Shown piece after piece: positions 20,208 through 28,627 of a stretch of DNA of 64,000 bases; positions within the stretch are counted from its first letter, which is position 1, and each line of letters starts with the position of its first letter. The notes under the pieces were generated by a model. The model did not search any database. It was not told the origin of the DNA and worked only from the letters and a program-made list of their open reading frames with translations. The DNA is from Candidatus Latescibacterota bacterium (GTDB taxonomy: Bacteria > Latescibacterota > UBA2968 > UBA8231): positions 224,001 through 288,000 of the forward strand of contig CBDAOB010000005.1 of assembly GCA_965197905.1 (NCBI GenBank), given 5' to 3'. The position numbers were made by a program, and so were the translations under genes.

Positions 20208-20690
20208 TTAGTGCAGGCTGTCCTGCACCTGTCGCAGAGAGGTCTCGAAAACGCGGGAGGCAGAATCTGCTTCGACCTGTTTGTGGTAGAATGAGGTAAA
20301 CAGCTCCGGACGGTTCTCTCTGGCACCTTGCAGAACCAGGTCGTACGCCCTTATCCTGAGTCCGAGATAGGCCAGAAGCTTGCTGTTGGTCGCCAGCAGT
20401 TCCGCCGTAGTCGGAAGCTGTTGAGCCCGCTCGCGCAGCTGCTTCAGCTGAGGGAGGAACTGCTCTTCGATGAGTGGTACGATGACATGGCTTTTCACGT
20501 TGTCGGCGGGTACCGCTTCCTCAATCTGCCGCTCGAGCAGCCGCAGATCCTGAAGTATGGGTTTCACTGCCTCCAGGTAGAGACCAACCGTGTTGGAACC
20601 TCCAAACTCGGTATCTCTGGACGGAGCCCCGCAGGAAAGAGCGGCCAGGCAGCCGACTGCGGTCGCATACCTCACGCTTCCCAATGACAT
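20208..20690 (-). CDS. Hypothetical helical lipoprotein
   Basis: Lipobox ALSC; abuts upstream MBL gene. Confidence 0.6.
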   Translation of the reverse strand: MSLGSVRYATAVGCLAALSCGAPSRDTEFGGSNTVGLYLEAVKPILQDLRLLERQIEEAVPADNVKSHVIVPLIEEQFLPQLKQLRERAQQLPTTAELLATNSKLLAYLGLRIRAYDLVLQGARENRPELFTSFYHKQVEADSASRVFETSLRQVQDSLH

Positions 20691-20692
20691 GG

Positions 20693-21541
20693 TCAGACAG
20701 AGCCGTTGAAGGTTATCTCCGAGCCTTCTCTGGCGGCCTCAACTTGGAAGCTCTCCGAGCGATAGCGCCCAACGATTTCGTCGATACCGGCGTCGGTGCG
20801 GTTGGGGTGATGATGGAACAACAGCAGGTGGCGGACCTCCGCTTCCCGGGCAACCTCCACCGCATGGTGATCGGAGGAATGTCCCCAACCTCGATGGGTT
20901 TCGTACTCAGCACTGCTGAAATGGGCGTCGTGGAGCAGCAGGTCCGCCTGCCGCGCAAGGGCCAGGGCGGGTTCCCGGTGATCGTCCTCCAGATATTCAA
21001 CGTCGGGTAGGTAGGCGATGGCAACACCTCCACTCTCGATCCTGAACCCCAGACAAACCGTCCCGGCGGCGTGGTTGACCTCGCGCGACTCCACCTGGAA
21101 GTCCCCTATCCGCATCGATTCCGACTGGACCTCCTTCGCACCGACCTTCGCTCCTGTGTCGTCCTCGAAGAAATCCGGGACCGGGCAGTAGACCGCGGTC
21201 ATCTGCACCCGCAGCAAGTCGCCGATCGAACGTCCGGTGCTGCCCTTGCCCCAAAGCGTGAAGCGGTTGCCGGCAATCAAGAACGGCTTGAAGAATGGCA
21301 ACCCTTGAATATGACCCCAGTGGGTGTGACTGACCAGGACGTGGCCGCTGCCACCGCCGTCACCAAACGGGGAATCGATCAGGGCGTCGCCCAGAGCGGG
21401 CAATCCCGTACCGCCGTCGAGGATCAGGACGGATGTCGGATCCAGCTCGATCAGGACGCAAGGCGTATTGCCTCCGTACACGCCATGAAGAGAGGATGGG
21501 GTAGGAATCGAACCCCTCGTACCCCACAACCTTATCTTCAA
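20693..21541 (-). CDS. MBL-fold metallo-hydrolase (RNase Z/phosphodiesterase-like) with variant HTHWGH motif
   Basis: WGTRGS, YGGNTPC, DGGTG, HTHWGHIQG, WGHS, LFHHHP. Confidence 0.85.
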   Translation of the reverse strand: MKIRLWGTRGSIPTPSSLHGVYGGNTPCVLIELDPTSVLILDGGTGLPALGDALIDSPFGDGGGSGHVLVSHTHWGHIQGLPFFKPFLIAGNRFTLWGKGSTGRSIGDLLRVQMTAVYCPVPDFFEDDTGAKVGAKEVQSESMRIGDFQVESREVNHAAGTVCLGFRIESGGVAIAYLPDVEYLEDDHREPALALARQADLLLHDAHFSSAEYETHRGWGHSSDHHAVEVAREAEVRHLLLFHHHPNRTDAGIDEIVGRYRSESFQVEAAREGSEITFNGSV

Positions 21542-21554
21542 TATCGGCTCTCTT

Positions 21555-22424
21555 TCACAGGTTCACTTCCAACCCTTCCATCGCCGCAACCAGCTCCAGC
21601 TGATTCGGAGATTCGGCTTTGTATCGGGCCAGGATCTCATCAATCGAGTCATCGCTGCGATCGGGCCGGTGGTGAAACAAGGCGACCCGCTTGGCGGCTG
21701 ATTCGACGCCAAGACGCAGGGCGTCTTCCGGCGTGCTGTGGCCAAAATCCGAGCGATACTCATCGGTAAGGAAATAAGTATCGCATACCATGAGATCAGA
21801 ACTGTGAGCTAGATCACGTGCGCCGCGACGTAGTTCCTCGATTCGTGACGATTTTTCCGGATCATCCGCCGGCATGTCGTCCCCCAGGAGCGTGTCGGTG
21901 TAGAGATCGGCGTCCGAAACATAGGAGAAGACCGAGTTACCGTTCTCGACTCGAAAACCGCCCGCAACCCCCGGGTGATTCAGGCGTTTACAGGTTACCC
22001 GGGTGGCGCCGACCTGGATGGTTTCTCCATCGGTGAGCTCGATAAACTCGAGCCGGGCTTTGACCTGATCGAGGGGTAGCGGAAAAAAGGGGGACTCCTG
22101 TTGAGCGCAGAAGATCTCCTTAAGGCTTTTCTGGCTGCGTCTCAGCGAGTAAACGTAGATCTGCGCAGAGGAGTCGAGCAGCGGACCGAAATGGGGGAAC
22201 CCCTGGATGTGATCCCAGTGGGTGTGACTGACCAACAAGTGTATGGTTGAAATCTTGCGACTCTGGAGGGACTTCCCAGCGGCGTATATCCCGGTTCCAG
22301 CATCGACGAGCAGGGTAGTGCCGTCGGCCTCGACTTCGAGACACGGGGTGTTGCCGCCGTACCGCAAGCAGTAGTCTGCCGCTACCGGATAGGAGCCGCG
22401 CACCCCCCAAAAGGTTACTTTCAT
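21555..22424 (-). CDS. MBL-fold metallo-hydrolase (RNase Z/phosphodiesterase-like)
   Basis: WGVRGS, YGGNTPC, DAGTG, canonical HTHWDHIQG, FGHS, LFHH; start moved to ATG 22424. Confidence 0.9.
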   Translation of the reverse strand: MKVTFWGVRGSYPVAADYCLRYGGNTPCLEVEADGTTLLVDAGTGIYAAGKSLQSRKISTIHLLVSHTHWDHIQGFPHFGPLLDSSAQIYVYSLRRSQKSLKEIFCAQQESPFFPLPLDQVKARLEFIELTDGETIQVGATRVTCKRLNHPGVAGGFRVENGNSVFSYVSDADLYTDTLLGDDMPADDPEKSSRIEELRRGARDLAHSSDLMVCDTYFLTDEYRSDFGHSTPEDALRLGVESAAKRVALFHHRPDRSDDSIDEILARYKAESPNQLELVAAMEGLEVNL

Positions 22425-22673
22425 GGTTGAATTTTGGGCGCGTGAAGGGGTCGAAAATAGTTCGTTATTTTCGTTATTATATGAAGGATGTTTAAAAACC
22501 ACAAGCATTTAGTTACATTTTTGGAGGTCTTTGAATCGGGCTAAAATAGGCAGTTTTGGAGGCGCGGAATGATGGGTTCCGCCGTCTGCGCAGATTTCAC
22601 ATAAGGTGGGATTTCCGTATATTTATTCCTCACCGAAAACCGAATCTACCGCACACCTGAACACAACCAGTGG

Positions 22674-23471
22674 GTGGCTACTATTTCGAAGAAAAAAAAA
22701 CCGAGAATTCGCGAAAAGAAACCACTGGGCGAGGAATCGAAGGACGGGGAGGCCGACCTCGACGAGTCAAGCAGCGGGCAACCGAAAACCGGCGTCCGCC
22801 AGTACCTCTCTTCGATTCTGATCGCCGTTGGCCTGGCGTTGCTCATCCGTACAACCGTCGTTCAGGCGTTTTTTATTCCTTCGGGCTCCATGGAGGACAC
22901 CCTCTATATCGGCGACTACCTGTTGGCTAACAAATTCGTCTATGGCGCACCGATCGACATCATCGGCACGAGTATCACTTTGTTTCGTTTGCCCGGGCTG
23001 CGCGACCCTAGTCCCGGGGATATCGTCATTTTTAGGTCTCCCATCGAGGAGGACAAGGACCTGATCAAGCGGTGCGTCGCCGTCGGGGGGCAACGGGTGG
23101 AGGTCGTCGGCAAGGAACTCTACGTCAACGGCAAGCGGTTTCCCGATCCACCCGGTGCGAAGTTCGTCAAAGGGGGCATGGACAGCTACGGCCCTATCGT
23201 CGTGCCGCAAGACCACTATTTCATGATGGGAGACAACCGCGACAACAGCCTCGACAGTCGCGTATTCGGTCCCGTTCCCAACGGACTGGTCAAGGGCAAA
23301 GCGATGAACGTTTATTGGTCTATAAAGCCGGACAAATGCACCCGCTTCAACAGGAACGATTGCACACCAAACTATTCCGGACTGTCTTCGCTGCCTAAGG
23401 TAGTTGGAAAGTTTCTCTGGCGCTTGCCTGGCCGCGTTCGCTATAGCCACCTGGGAGATGTCATCCTGTAA
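22674..23471 (+). CDS. lepB: Signal peptidase I
   Basis: TM helix, IPSGSM (catalytic Ser), LIKR (catalytic Lys), MGDNRDNSLDSR. Confidence 0.95.
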   Translation: MATISKKKKPRIREKKPLGEESKDGEADLDESSSGQPKTGVRQYLSSILIAVGLALLIRTTVVQAFFIPSGSMEDTLYIGDYLLANKFVYGAPIDIIGTSITLFRLPGLRDPSPGDIVIFRSPIEEDKDLIKRCVAVGGQRVEVVGKELYVNGKRFPDPPGAKFVKGGMDSYGPIVVPQDHYFMMGDNRDNSLDSRVFGPVPNGLVKGKAMNVYWSIKPDKCTRFNRNDCTPNYSGLSSLPKVVGKFLWRLPGRVRYSHLGDVIL

Positions 23472-23481
23472 CGGTACGATT

Positions 23482-25218
23482 ATGGAGAGAGACGACCTAC
23501 ACCACGATCCCGACGAAGAGCTCGAGGAGTACGACGACTACAGGGAGTACGAGGAAGATAACAGCCTGCAGGAGGAGTTCGACGCCGAGCCGTTGCGGTT
23601 GGTGGACAAGCTTCTGTCGCTGGCCCCCGAGAAGGATCCGGCTCGCCCCCTGCTGTACGGGTTGCGGCGCCAGCTCATGGAGCGCGAGATCACCTTCCAG
23701 GAGGCCCGTCGCAGCCTCGTGGAGCTGGAAGCAGCGCTGGAAAAGGTGACCTCCCCCTCCAATCGCGTCGGTATCTACCTTGGTTCGCCGAGAGACGAAA
23801 TCGCCACGGTTTTCGTGGGCGGTGCAGAATATTACGCCAACATCGATCCACGGGTGGATGTCGCCGACCTGGAGGTGGGGACGCGGATCTTGATCAACGA
23901 AGCGTACGCCGTCGTCGGCGTTCTAGGTTTCAATCCCGCCGGCCCGATCGCCAAGATCGGCGATCTCTTCGACGACGGACGACTGCGCCTTACTCAGGAA
24001 CACGGCTCCCAGGATCTGGTGGTGGAGCGCTCAGCTTCCCTGGCCGATGCGGATCTCAAGAAGGGAGACGAGGTCCGCGTGGATCCTGGATTCAAGGTGG
24101 CCCTCGAACGCATTGCCGCCGGCGATGGCAAGGAATACTTCCTCGAGAATGTGCCGGTCATGGACTGGTCCAGCATTGGCGGTCAGGAAGAGGCGATCCA
24201 GGCGATCCGCGACACCATCGAGCTGCCGGCGTTGCATCCGGAGCTGTTCGAGCGCTTCCAATACAGCACCCCGAAGGGGTTTCTGCTCTACGGCCCCCCC
24301 GGCTGCGGCAAGACCCTCATCGGCAAAGCGACCGCCTACAATCTGGTGCGCCACATCCGCGAGGCAGAAGGTGAGGATGTAAAAGAGTATTTCATGCACA
24401 TCAAGGGCCCCGAAATCCTCAACATGTGGCTCGGAGAAACCGAACGCATGGTGCGGGAGATCTTTGCCCAGGCCCGGGAGAAACGGAAGGAGGGGTTTCT
24501 ACCTTTCGTCTTCATCGACGAGGCGGAGTCAATTCTAGGCATCCGGCGCTCCATGAGGTCGCACCACATCGCCAACACTGTGGTGCCCATGTTCTGCACC
24601 GAAATGGACGGCATCGAGTCGTTACACGATGTCGTGATCATTCTCGCCTCCAACCGCCACGACCTGATCGATCCCGCCATTCTTCGGCCGGGCCGAATCG
24701 ACCGCAAGATCAAGGTGGAGCGTCCGGACAGGGACGCCTCAAGGGCGATTCTGGAAATCTACCTCACGTCCAATCTGCCTCTAGATCTCGAGGAATCGAA
24801 GGCGTTCGAGAACCCCGAGGCGGCCCGCCAGGCGTTGATCGACGCGACGGTCGATCATTTCTTCGCGCGGGACGAAGAGACCAAGTTTCTCGAGGTCACG
24901 CTGCGCAGCGGCCGAGTAGAGGTCCTGAACTTTTGCGATCTCTCAAGCGGGGCCATCATCGACTCGATGGTGCAGCGCGCCAAGGAAACCGCGGTCAAAC
25001 GGGCCATCGCCAGCAAGGATGCCGACGCCGGTTTGCGCCGCGAGGATCTCATGCAGGCGGTGCGTGCCGAATTCCGCGAAAGCGAAGTATTCCCCCCCAC
25101 GGACACGGTCGAAGACTGGCTCAAGCTACTCGACTACGATCCGGACAATGTGGTACGGGTCCTGCCCGTACGATCCCAGGAAAAGACAGCGGACACCCCA
25201 GCCAGCAAGGTCATCTGA
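23482..25218 (+). CDS. arc: Proteasome-associated AAA+ ATPase (ARC/Mpa family)
   Basis: N-terminal coiled coil and OB domains, GPPGCGKT, KGPEILNMWLGE, FIDEAE, AILRPGRID; first gene of a proteasome operon. Confidence 0.9.
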   Translation: MERDDLHHDPDEELEEYDDYREYEEDNSLQEEFDAEPLRLVDKLLSLAPEKDPARPLLYGLRRQLMEREITFQEARRSLVELEAALEKVTSPSNRVGIYLGSPRDEIATVFVGGAEYYANIDPRVDVADLEVGTRILINEAYAVVGVLGFNPAGPIAKIGDLFDDGRLRLTQEHGSQDLVVERSASLADADLKKGDEVRVDPGFKVALERIAAGDGKEYFLENVPVMDWSSIGGQEEAIQAIRDTIELPALHPELFERFQYSTPKGFLLYGPPGCGKTLIGKATAYNLVRHIREAEGEDVKEYFMHIKGPEILNMWLGETERMVREIFAQAREKRKEGFLPFVFIDEAESILGIRRSMRSHHIANTVVPMFCTEMDGIESLHDVVIILASNRHDLIDPAILRPGRIDRKIKVERPDRDASRAILEIYLTSNLPLDLEESKAFENPEAARQALIDATVDHFFARDEETKFLEVTLRSGRVEVLNFCDLSSGAIIDSMVQRAKETAVKRAIASKDADAGLRREDLMQAVRAEFRESEVFPPTDTVEDWLKLLDYDPDNVVRVLPVRSQEKTADTPASKVI

Positions 25219-25232
25219 GCTCTGAGCGTTCG

Positions 25233-26759
25233 ATGAACCGACTCGTGGGGCTGGAAACCGAATACGGCATCCAGGTGGATGACGTGGAGGAGATGGACGT
25301 GGTGGTGGAGTCCATGGAGCTGATCCGCTGTTTCCTCCACGAGGAATTCGTCGCCCGCTGGGACTACGCCCGTGAGAATCCGCGCCAGGACATGCGTGGG
25401 TTCGAGGTAGACGAGCTGCTCAATGACGTGGATGAGACCGTCCATCTCCAGCGCGATCGCAAACGGCAGATTCCGCTGAAAGAGCTCAAGAGCGACCTCA
25501 TTATTCGCAACGGGGCGCGGCTCTACAACGATCACACTCACCCCGAATACTCAACCCCCGAGTGCCTGTCGCTGATCGATCTAGCCACCTACGACCGCGC
25601 CGGCGAACAGATCCTGAACGGGTGTGCCAAACAACGCACCGCAACCCGGGATGGGGGAGTGGTCCGGCTCTACAAGAACAACACCGACTTCGAGGGACAT
25701 AGCTACGGGTGTCACGAAAACTACCTGATCGGGCGGGCGATCCCCTTCCAGCAGGTCATCGACGGCTTGCTGCCGTTCGTGGTTACCCGTCCGATCTTTG
25801 CCGGCGCCGGCAAGGTGGGCGTCGAAAACGTTACCGGCGGCTCGCTGCAGCCCTACCAGCTGTCCCAGCGCGCCGATTTCTTCGAGACGATCGCCAGTGT
25901 CGACACCATGCACCGACGTCCGCTGGTGAATACCCGCGATGAACCCCACGCCGACCGAAACCGTTACCGCCGCCTGCATATGATCACCGGCGATGCCAAC
26001 ATGTCCGAGTACATCACCGCTCTGAAGGTGGGAACGATGGGGTTGGTTCTGGAGCTGTTGGAGGCCGGAAAGTTGCCGTCCTACGAGCTCGCGGATCCGA
26101 TCGGGGCGCACAAGGAGATCTCCCGCGATCTCTCTAGGGCTTGGCCGGTCCAGCTCACCGATCGCTCTTTTACCACCGCCCTGGAGATTCAGCACGCCTT
26201 GCAGAAAGCGGCTCTCTCGTGCTTCGCGGGCAGGGACGAGGAGACCGATTGGGCCCTGGCTCAGTGGGGGCAGGTGCTGGACGATCTCGGGGGCGATCTT
26301 GCACCGCTGATCGGCCGCTGTGACTGGGTGACCAAGAAGTGGCTGCTCGACGCTTTCGTCGAGGCGGAGGGTTTGGACTGGGGGAACCCCGATCACCGGA
26401 CCTGGCTGCAAAGCCAGGACCTGGAATACCATAATATCGATCCGGAAGAAGGCCTCTTCCTCATGCTGGAACAACAGGGAGAGGTTGTTCGCCTGACGGA
26501 AGAAGGAGGTATCCTCAGGGCGACTGTGGAACCGCCGGCAGGTACCCGGGCCTATTTTCGCGGTGTCTGCCTCACCCGATTTGCGGAAAAAATCACCGCC
26601 TTGAACTGGGACAGCATCGAATTCGACCTGGACGCCGGTCGCTGGGTGCTCGATCTGAAAGATTGCGTGGATGCGGAAACGGCGGCTTATTATAATGAGA
26701 GTTTGGACCAGGTAGACAGCGTCGAGGCATTAAGGTCCAAACTCGAGCGTGCCGATTAA
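25233..26759 (+). CDS. dop: Dop-like depupylase/deamidase (PafA2)
   Basis: GLETEYG, Dop-loop RWDYARENPRQDMRGF, NGARLYNDHTHPEYSTPEC, GHSYGCHENY, RPLVNTRDEPHA. Confidence 0.9.
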   Translation: MNRLVGLETEYGIQVDDVEEMDVVVESMELIRCFLHEEFVARWDYARENPRQDMRGFEVDELLNDVDETVHLQRDRKRQIPLKELKSDLIIRNGARLYNDHTHPEYSTPECLSLIDLATYDRAGEQILNGCAKQRTATRDGGVVRLYKNNTDFEGHSYGCHENYLIGRAIPFQQVIDGLLPFVVTRPIFAGAGKVGVENVTGGSLQPYQLSQRADFFETIASVDTMHRRPLVNTRDEPHADRNRYRRLHMITGDANMSEYITALKVGTMGLVLELLEAGKLPSYELADPIGAHKEISRDLSRAWPVQLTDRSFTTALEIQHALQKAALSCFAGRDEETDWALAQWGQVLDDLGGDLAPLIGRCDWVTKKWLLDAFVEAEGLDWGNPDHRTWLQSQDLEYHNIDPEEGLFLMLEQQGEVVRLTEEGGILRATVEPPAGTRAYFRGVCLTRFAEKITALNWDSIEFDLDAGRWVLDLKDCVDAETAAYYNESLDQVDSVEALRSKLERAD

Positions 26760-26776
26760 CTAGATAGGAGGGCGCT

Positions 26777-26974
26777 ATGATAGACAAAAACATAGAGTTA
26801 CGGGATCGCGCTCCGCGGCCGACGAAACCACTCGGCGGTGGTGACGACGCCGACCAGGACGACGGTCCCCGACGGCCCAAGGTCGAACGCCCGCAAACCG
26901 ATGACATCTTGCGCCGTATGCGGCGAGTGGATCCGAATCAGGCCAGACGGTATCGCCAGCGAACCGGTCAGTAG
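26777..26974 (+). CDS. ubact: UBact, Pup-like protein modifier of Gram-negative bacteria
   Basis: 65 aa, disordered N-terminus, C-terminal MRRVDPNQARRYRQRTGQ matching the UBact R[TS]G[EQ] terminus; AGGAGG RBS; sits between dop and prcB. Confidence 0.9.
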   Translation: MIDKNIELRDRAPRPTKPLGGGDDADQDDGPRRPKVERPQTDDILRRMRRVDPNQARRYRQRTGQ

Positions 26975-26975
26975 C

Positions 26976-27752
26976 GTGGAGAGTTGCGATTTTCTGTCTC
27001 TGCTCAAAGAGCAGGGACATCTTCCCCGCGATCCAGTCCCCGCGGGGCCCCACGGAGCCGAGTTCGACACCACCGAAGGCACGACGATCCTGGCGATCAG
27101 ATACCGAGAGGGAGTTCTCATAGCCGGAGATCGCAGAGCCACCATGGGCAATACCGTCGTCTATGACCGGGCCGACAAGGTCCTGTCCATCGACGACGAC
27201 GCGGTGATGGCGCTCGCCGGGTCGCCGGCAATCGCCTACGAAATGGCGCGTCTCCTCGAAATCTCCTTTCAACATTATCGCCGAAGTCAGCTCCAGGTTC
27301 TCAGCCTCGATGGCAAACTGCGCATCCTGTCCCGCCTGCTGCGTGACAATCTTTCGCTGGCGCTGCAGGGCATTGGCGCCGTGGTTCCCATTTTCGCGGC
27401 GTTCGACATCCACGCAAACGAAGGCAAGATCTATTTCTACGATGTGCTCGGGGCGCAGTTCGAATCGGTGGATTTCTGCACCATCGGGTCCGGATCCCCC
27501 ATCATCCGCGGCGCCCTCTACCATCATAACCGCTGGCAGGATCGTCTGGCGGAGATGGACGAATCCGCCTCTCTGGAACTGGTGTTGAAGATGCTGGAAA
27601 CCGCCGCCGAGTTCGACACAGCCACCGGCGGACTGAACACCCGGTCCCGCATCTTTCCGCAAGTTCGGCGCATCACCGCCGCCGGTATCGAGACCGTTGC
27701 CGAAGACGTTCTCGAGTCCCTGTACCACTCTGAACTCCAGCCTCAAACCTGA
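26976..27752 (+). CDS. prcB: 20S proteasome beta subunit (Ntn hydrolase)
   Basis: 35-aa propeptide ending TEG|TTILA (Thr1), AGDRRAT.GN, KV, GSGS. Confidence 0.9.
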   Translation: MESCDFLSLLKEQGHLPRDPVPAGPHGAEFDTTEGTTILAIRYREGVLIAGDRRATMGNTVVYDRADKVLSIDDDAVMALAGSPAIAYEMARLLEISFQHYRRSQLQVLSLDGKLRILSRLLRDNLSLALQGIGAVVPIFAAFDIHANEGKIYFYDVLGAQFESVDFCTIGSGSPIIRGALYHHNRWQDRLAEMDESASLELVLKMLETAAEFDTATGGLNTRSRIFPQVRRITAAGIETVAEDVLESLYHSELQPQT

Positions 27753-27803
27753 CCTCGGGGTTCTCTGATGGGATCCAGCTCCTTATCCATGCCCGGGTCT
27801 CGC

Positions 27804-27830
27804 CCGGCGCCGGCGCCGGCGCCGCCGGCG
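27804..27830. repeat. GC microsatellite (CCGGCG)3-CCG-CCGGCG within GGGTC..GACCC hairpin
   Basis: Read directly in the prcB-prcA spacer. Confidence 0.6.
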
Positions 27831-27860
27831 ACCCAATGCTAGCGAGCGCGCGGAGATATC

Positions 27861-28619
27861 ATGCTTGAAGAGCCCTACCGCTGGGTCGAAGCGATACAGA
27901 ATCGCCGCGAATATCTGGATGATCAGCTGCGGGGTGCCAGTCCGGTGGTCGGCCTTTCTTACGAGCATGGGATCCTGCTGCTGACCACCACACCCGGTCC
28001 ACGTAAGCTGTTCGAGGTCTACAACGACCTGAGCTTCGCCGCGATCGGCCATCCCGCCGATATCGAAAAGCTGCGCAAGGCGGTCATCGACATCGCCCAT
28101 CTGGAGGCGTTCAACTTCTCGGCCAAGGACGTCTCGCTTCAGCGGCTGGTAAGTTTCGGCATCGGCCCGCTGGTCAAAGCGGCCTTCGACGAGATCTTCC
28201 GCTCCCCGTTTACCGCCCGGGTGCTCATGGCGGAACTGGATCCCCAGACTGGCCGCGATCGGTTTTTCGTGATCGACGCGGATGGATCCTTCCTGGGTCA
28301 CGAGCAAGAGGCAGCGGTAGCCGGATCCGACGCCAGCGTGGACGCCATATTGGAATCACTAGGTAACGGGGGTGCTGCCGCGTGGTCGCGGACCGAGGCG
28401 CTGCATGCCGGTTTACAGGCATGGGCAGCCGGTCGCCTCAATCTCGAAAGCGAATCCACAACCCTCCCAGACCAGGGGGCGGTTGAAGCCTGTTTGCGTG
28501 AAGTGCTGGAATCCCAACGGATCGAAGTGGCGGTACTCGACCGTACCCGACCGGGCAAAAGCAAGTTCACGCTTCTATCCAACGAAGAAATCGACGCCGC
28601 CCTGGCGCCGTACCGGTAG
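27861..28619 (+). CDS. prcA: 20S proteasome alpha subunit
   Basis: ASPVVGL.Y..GILL, KLFEVYN...FAAIG, ELD, EVAVLDRTR; position between prcB and ligase. Confidence 0.85.
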   Translation: MLEEPYRWVEAIQNRREYLDDQLRGASPVVGLSYEHGILLLTTTPGPRKLFEVYNDLSFAAIGHPADIEKLRKAVIDIAHLEAFNFSAKDVSLQRLVSFGIGPLVKAAFDEIFRSPFTARVLMAELDPQTGRDRFFVIDADGSFLGHEQEAAVAGSDASVDAILESLGNGGAAAWSRTEALHAGLQAWAAGRLNLESESTTLPDQGAVEACLREVLESQRIEVAVLDRTRPGKSKFTLLSNEEIDAALAPYR

Positions 28620-28627
28620 CAGACAAG

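Noticed and set aside
22692..22700. A9 tract in lepB as a phase-variation site
   Set aside because: It encodes a Lys run in a normally essential gene and is in frame.
24426..25232. Apparent 270-aa N-terminal extension of Dop overlapping arc
   Set aside because: An off-frame shadow of arc; the Dop family start MNRLVGLETEYG is at 25233.
26777..26974. Calling the modifier actinobacterial Pup or a ThiS/MoaD-like ubiquitin
   Set aside because: No GG[EQ] or GG terminus and no beta-grasp pattern; the RTGQ end fits UBact.
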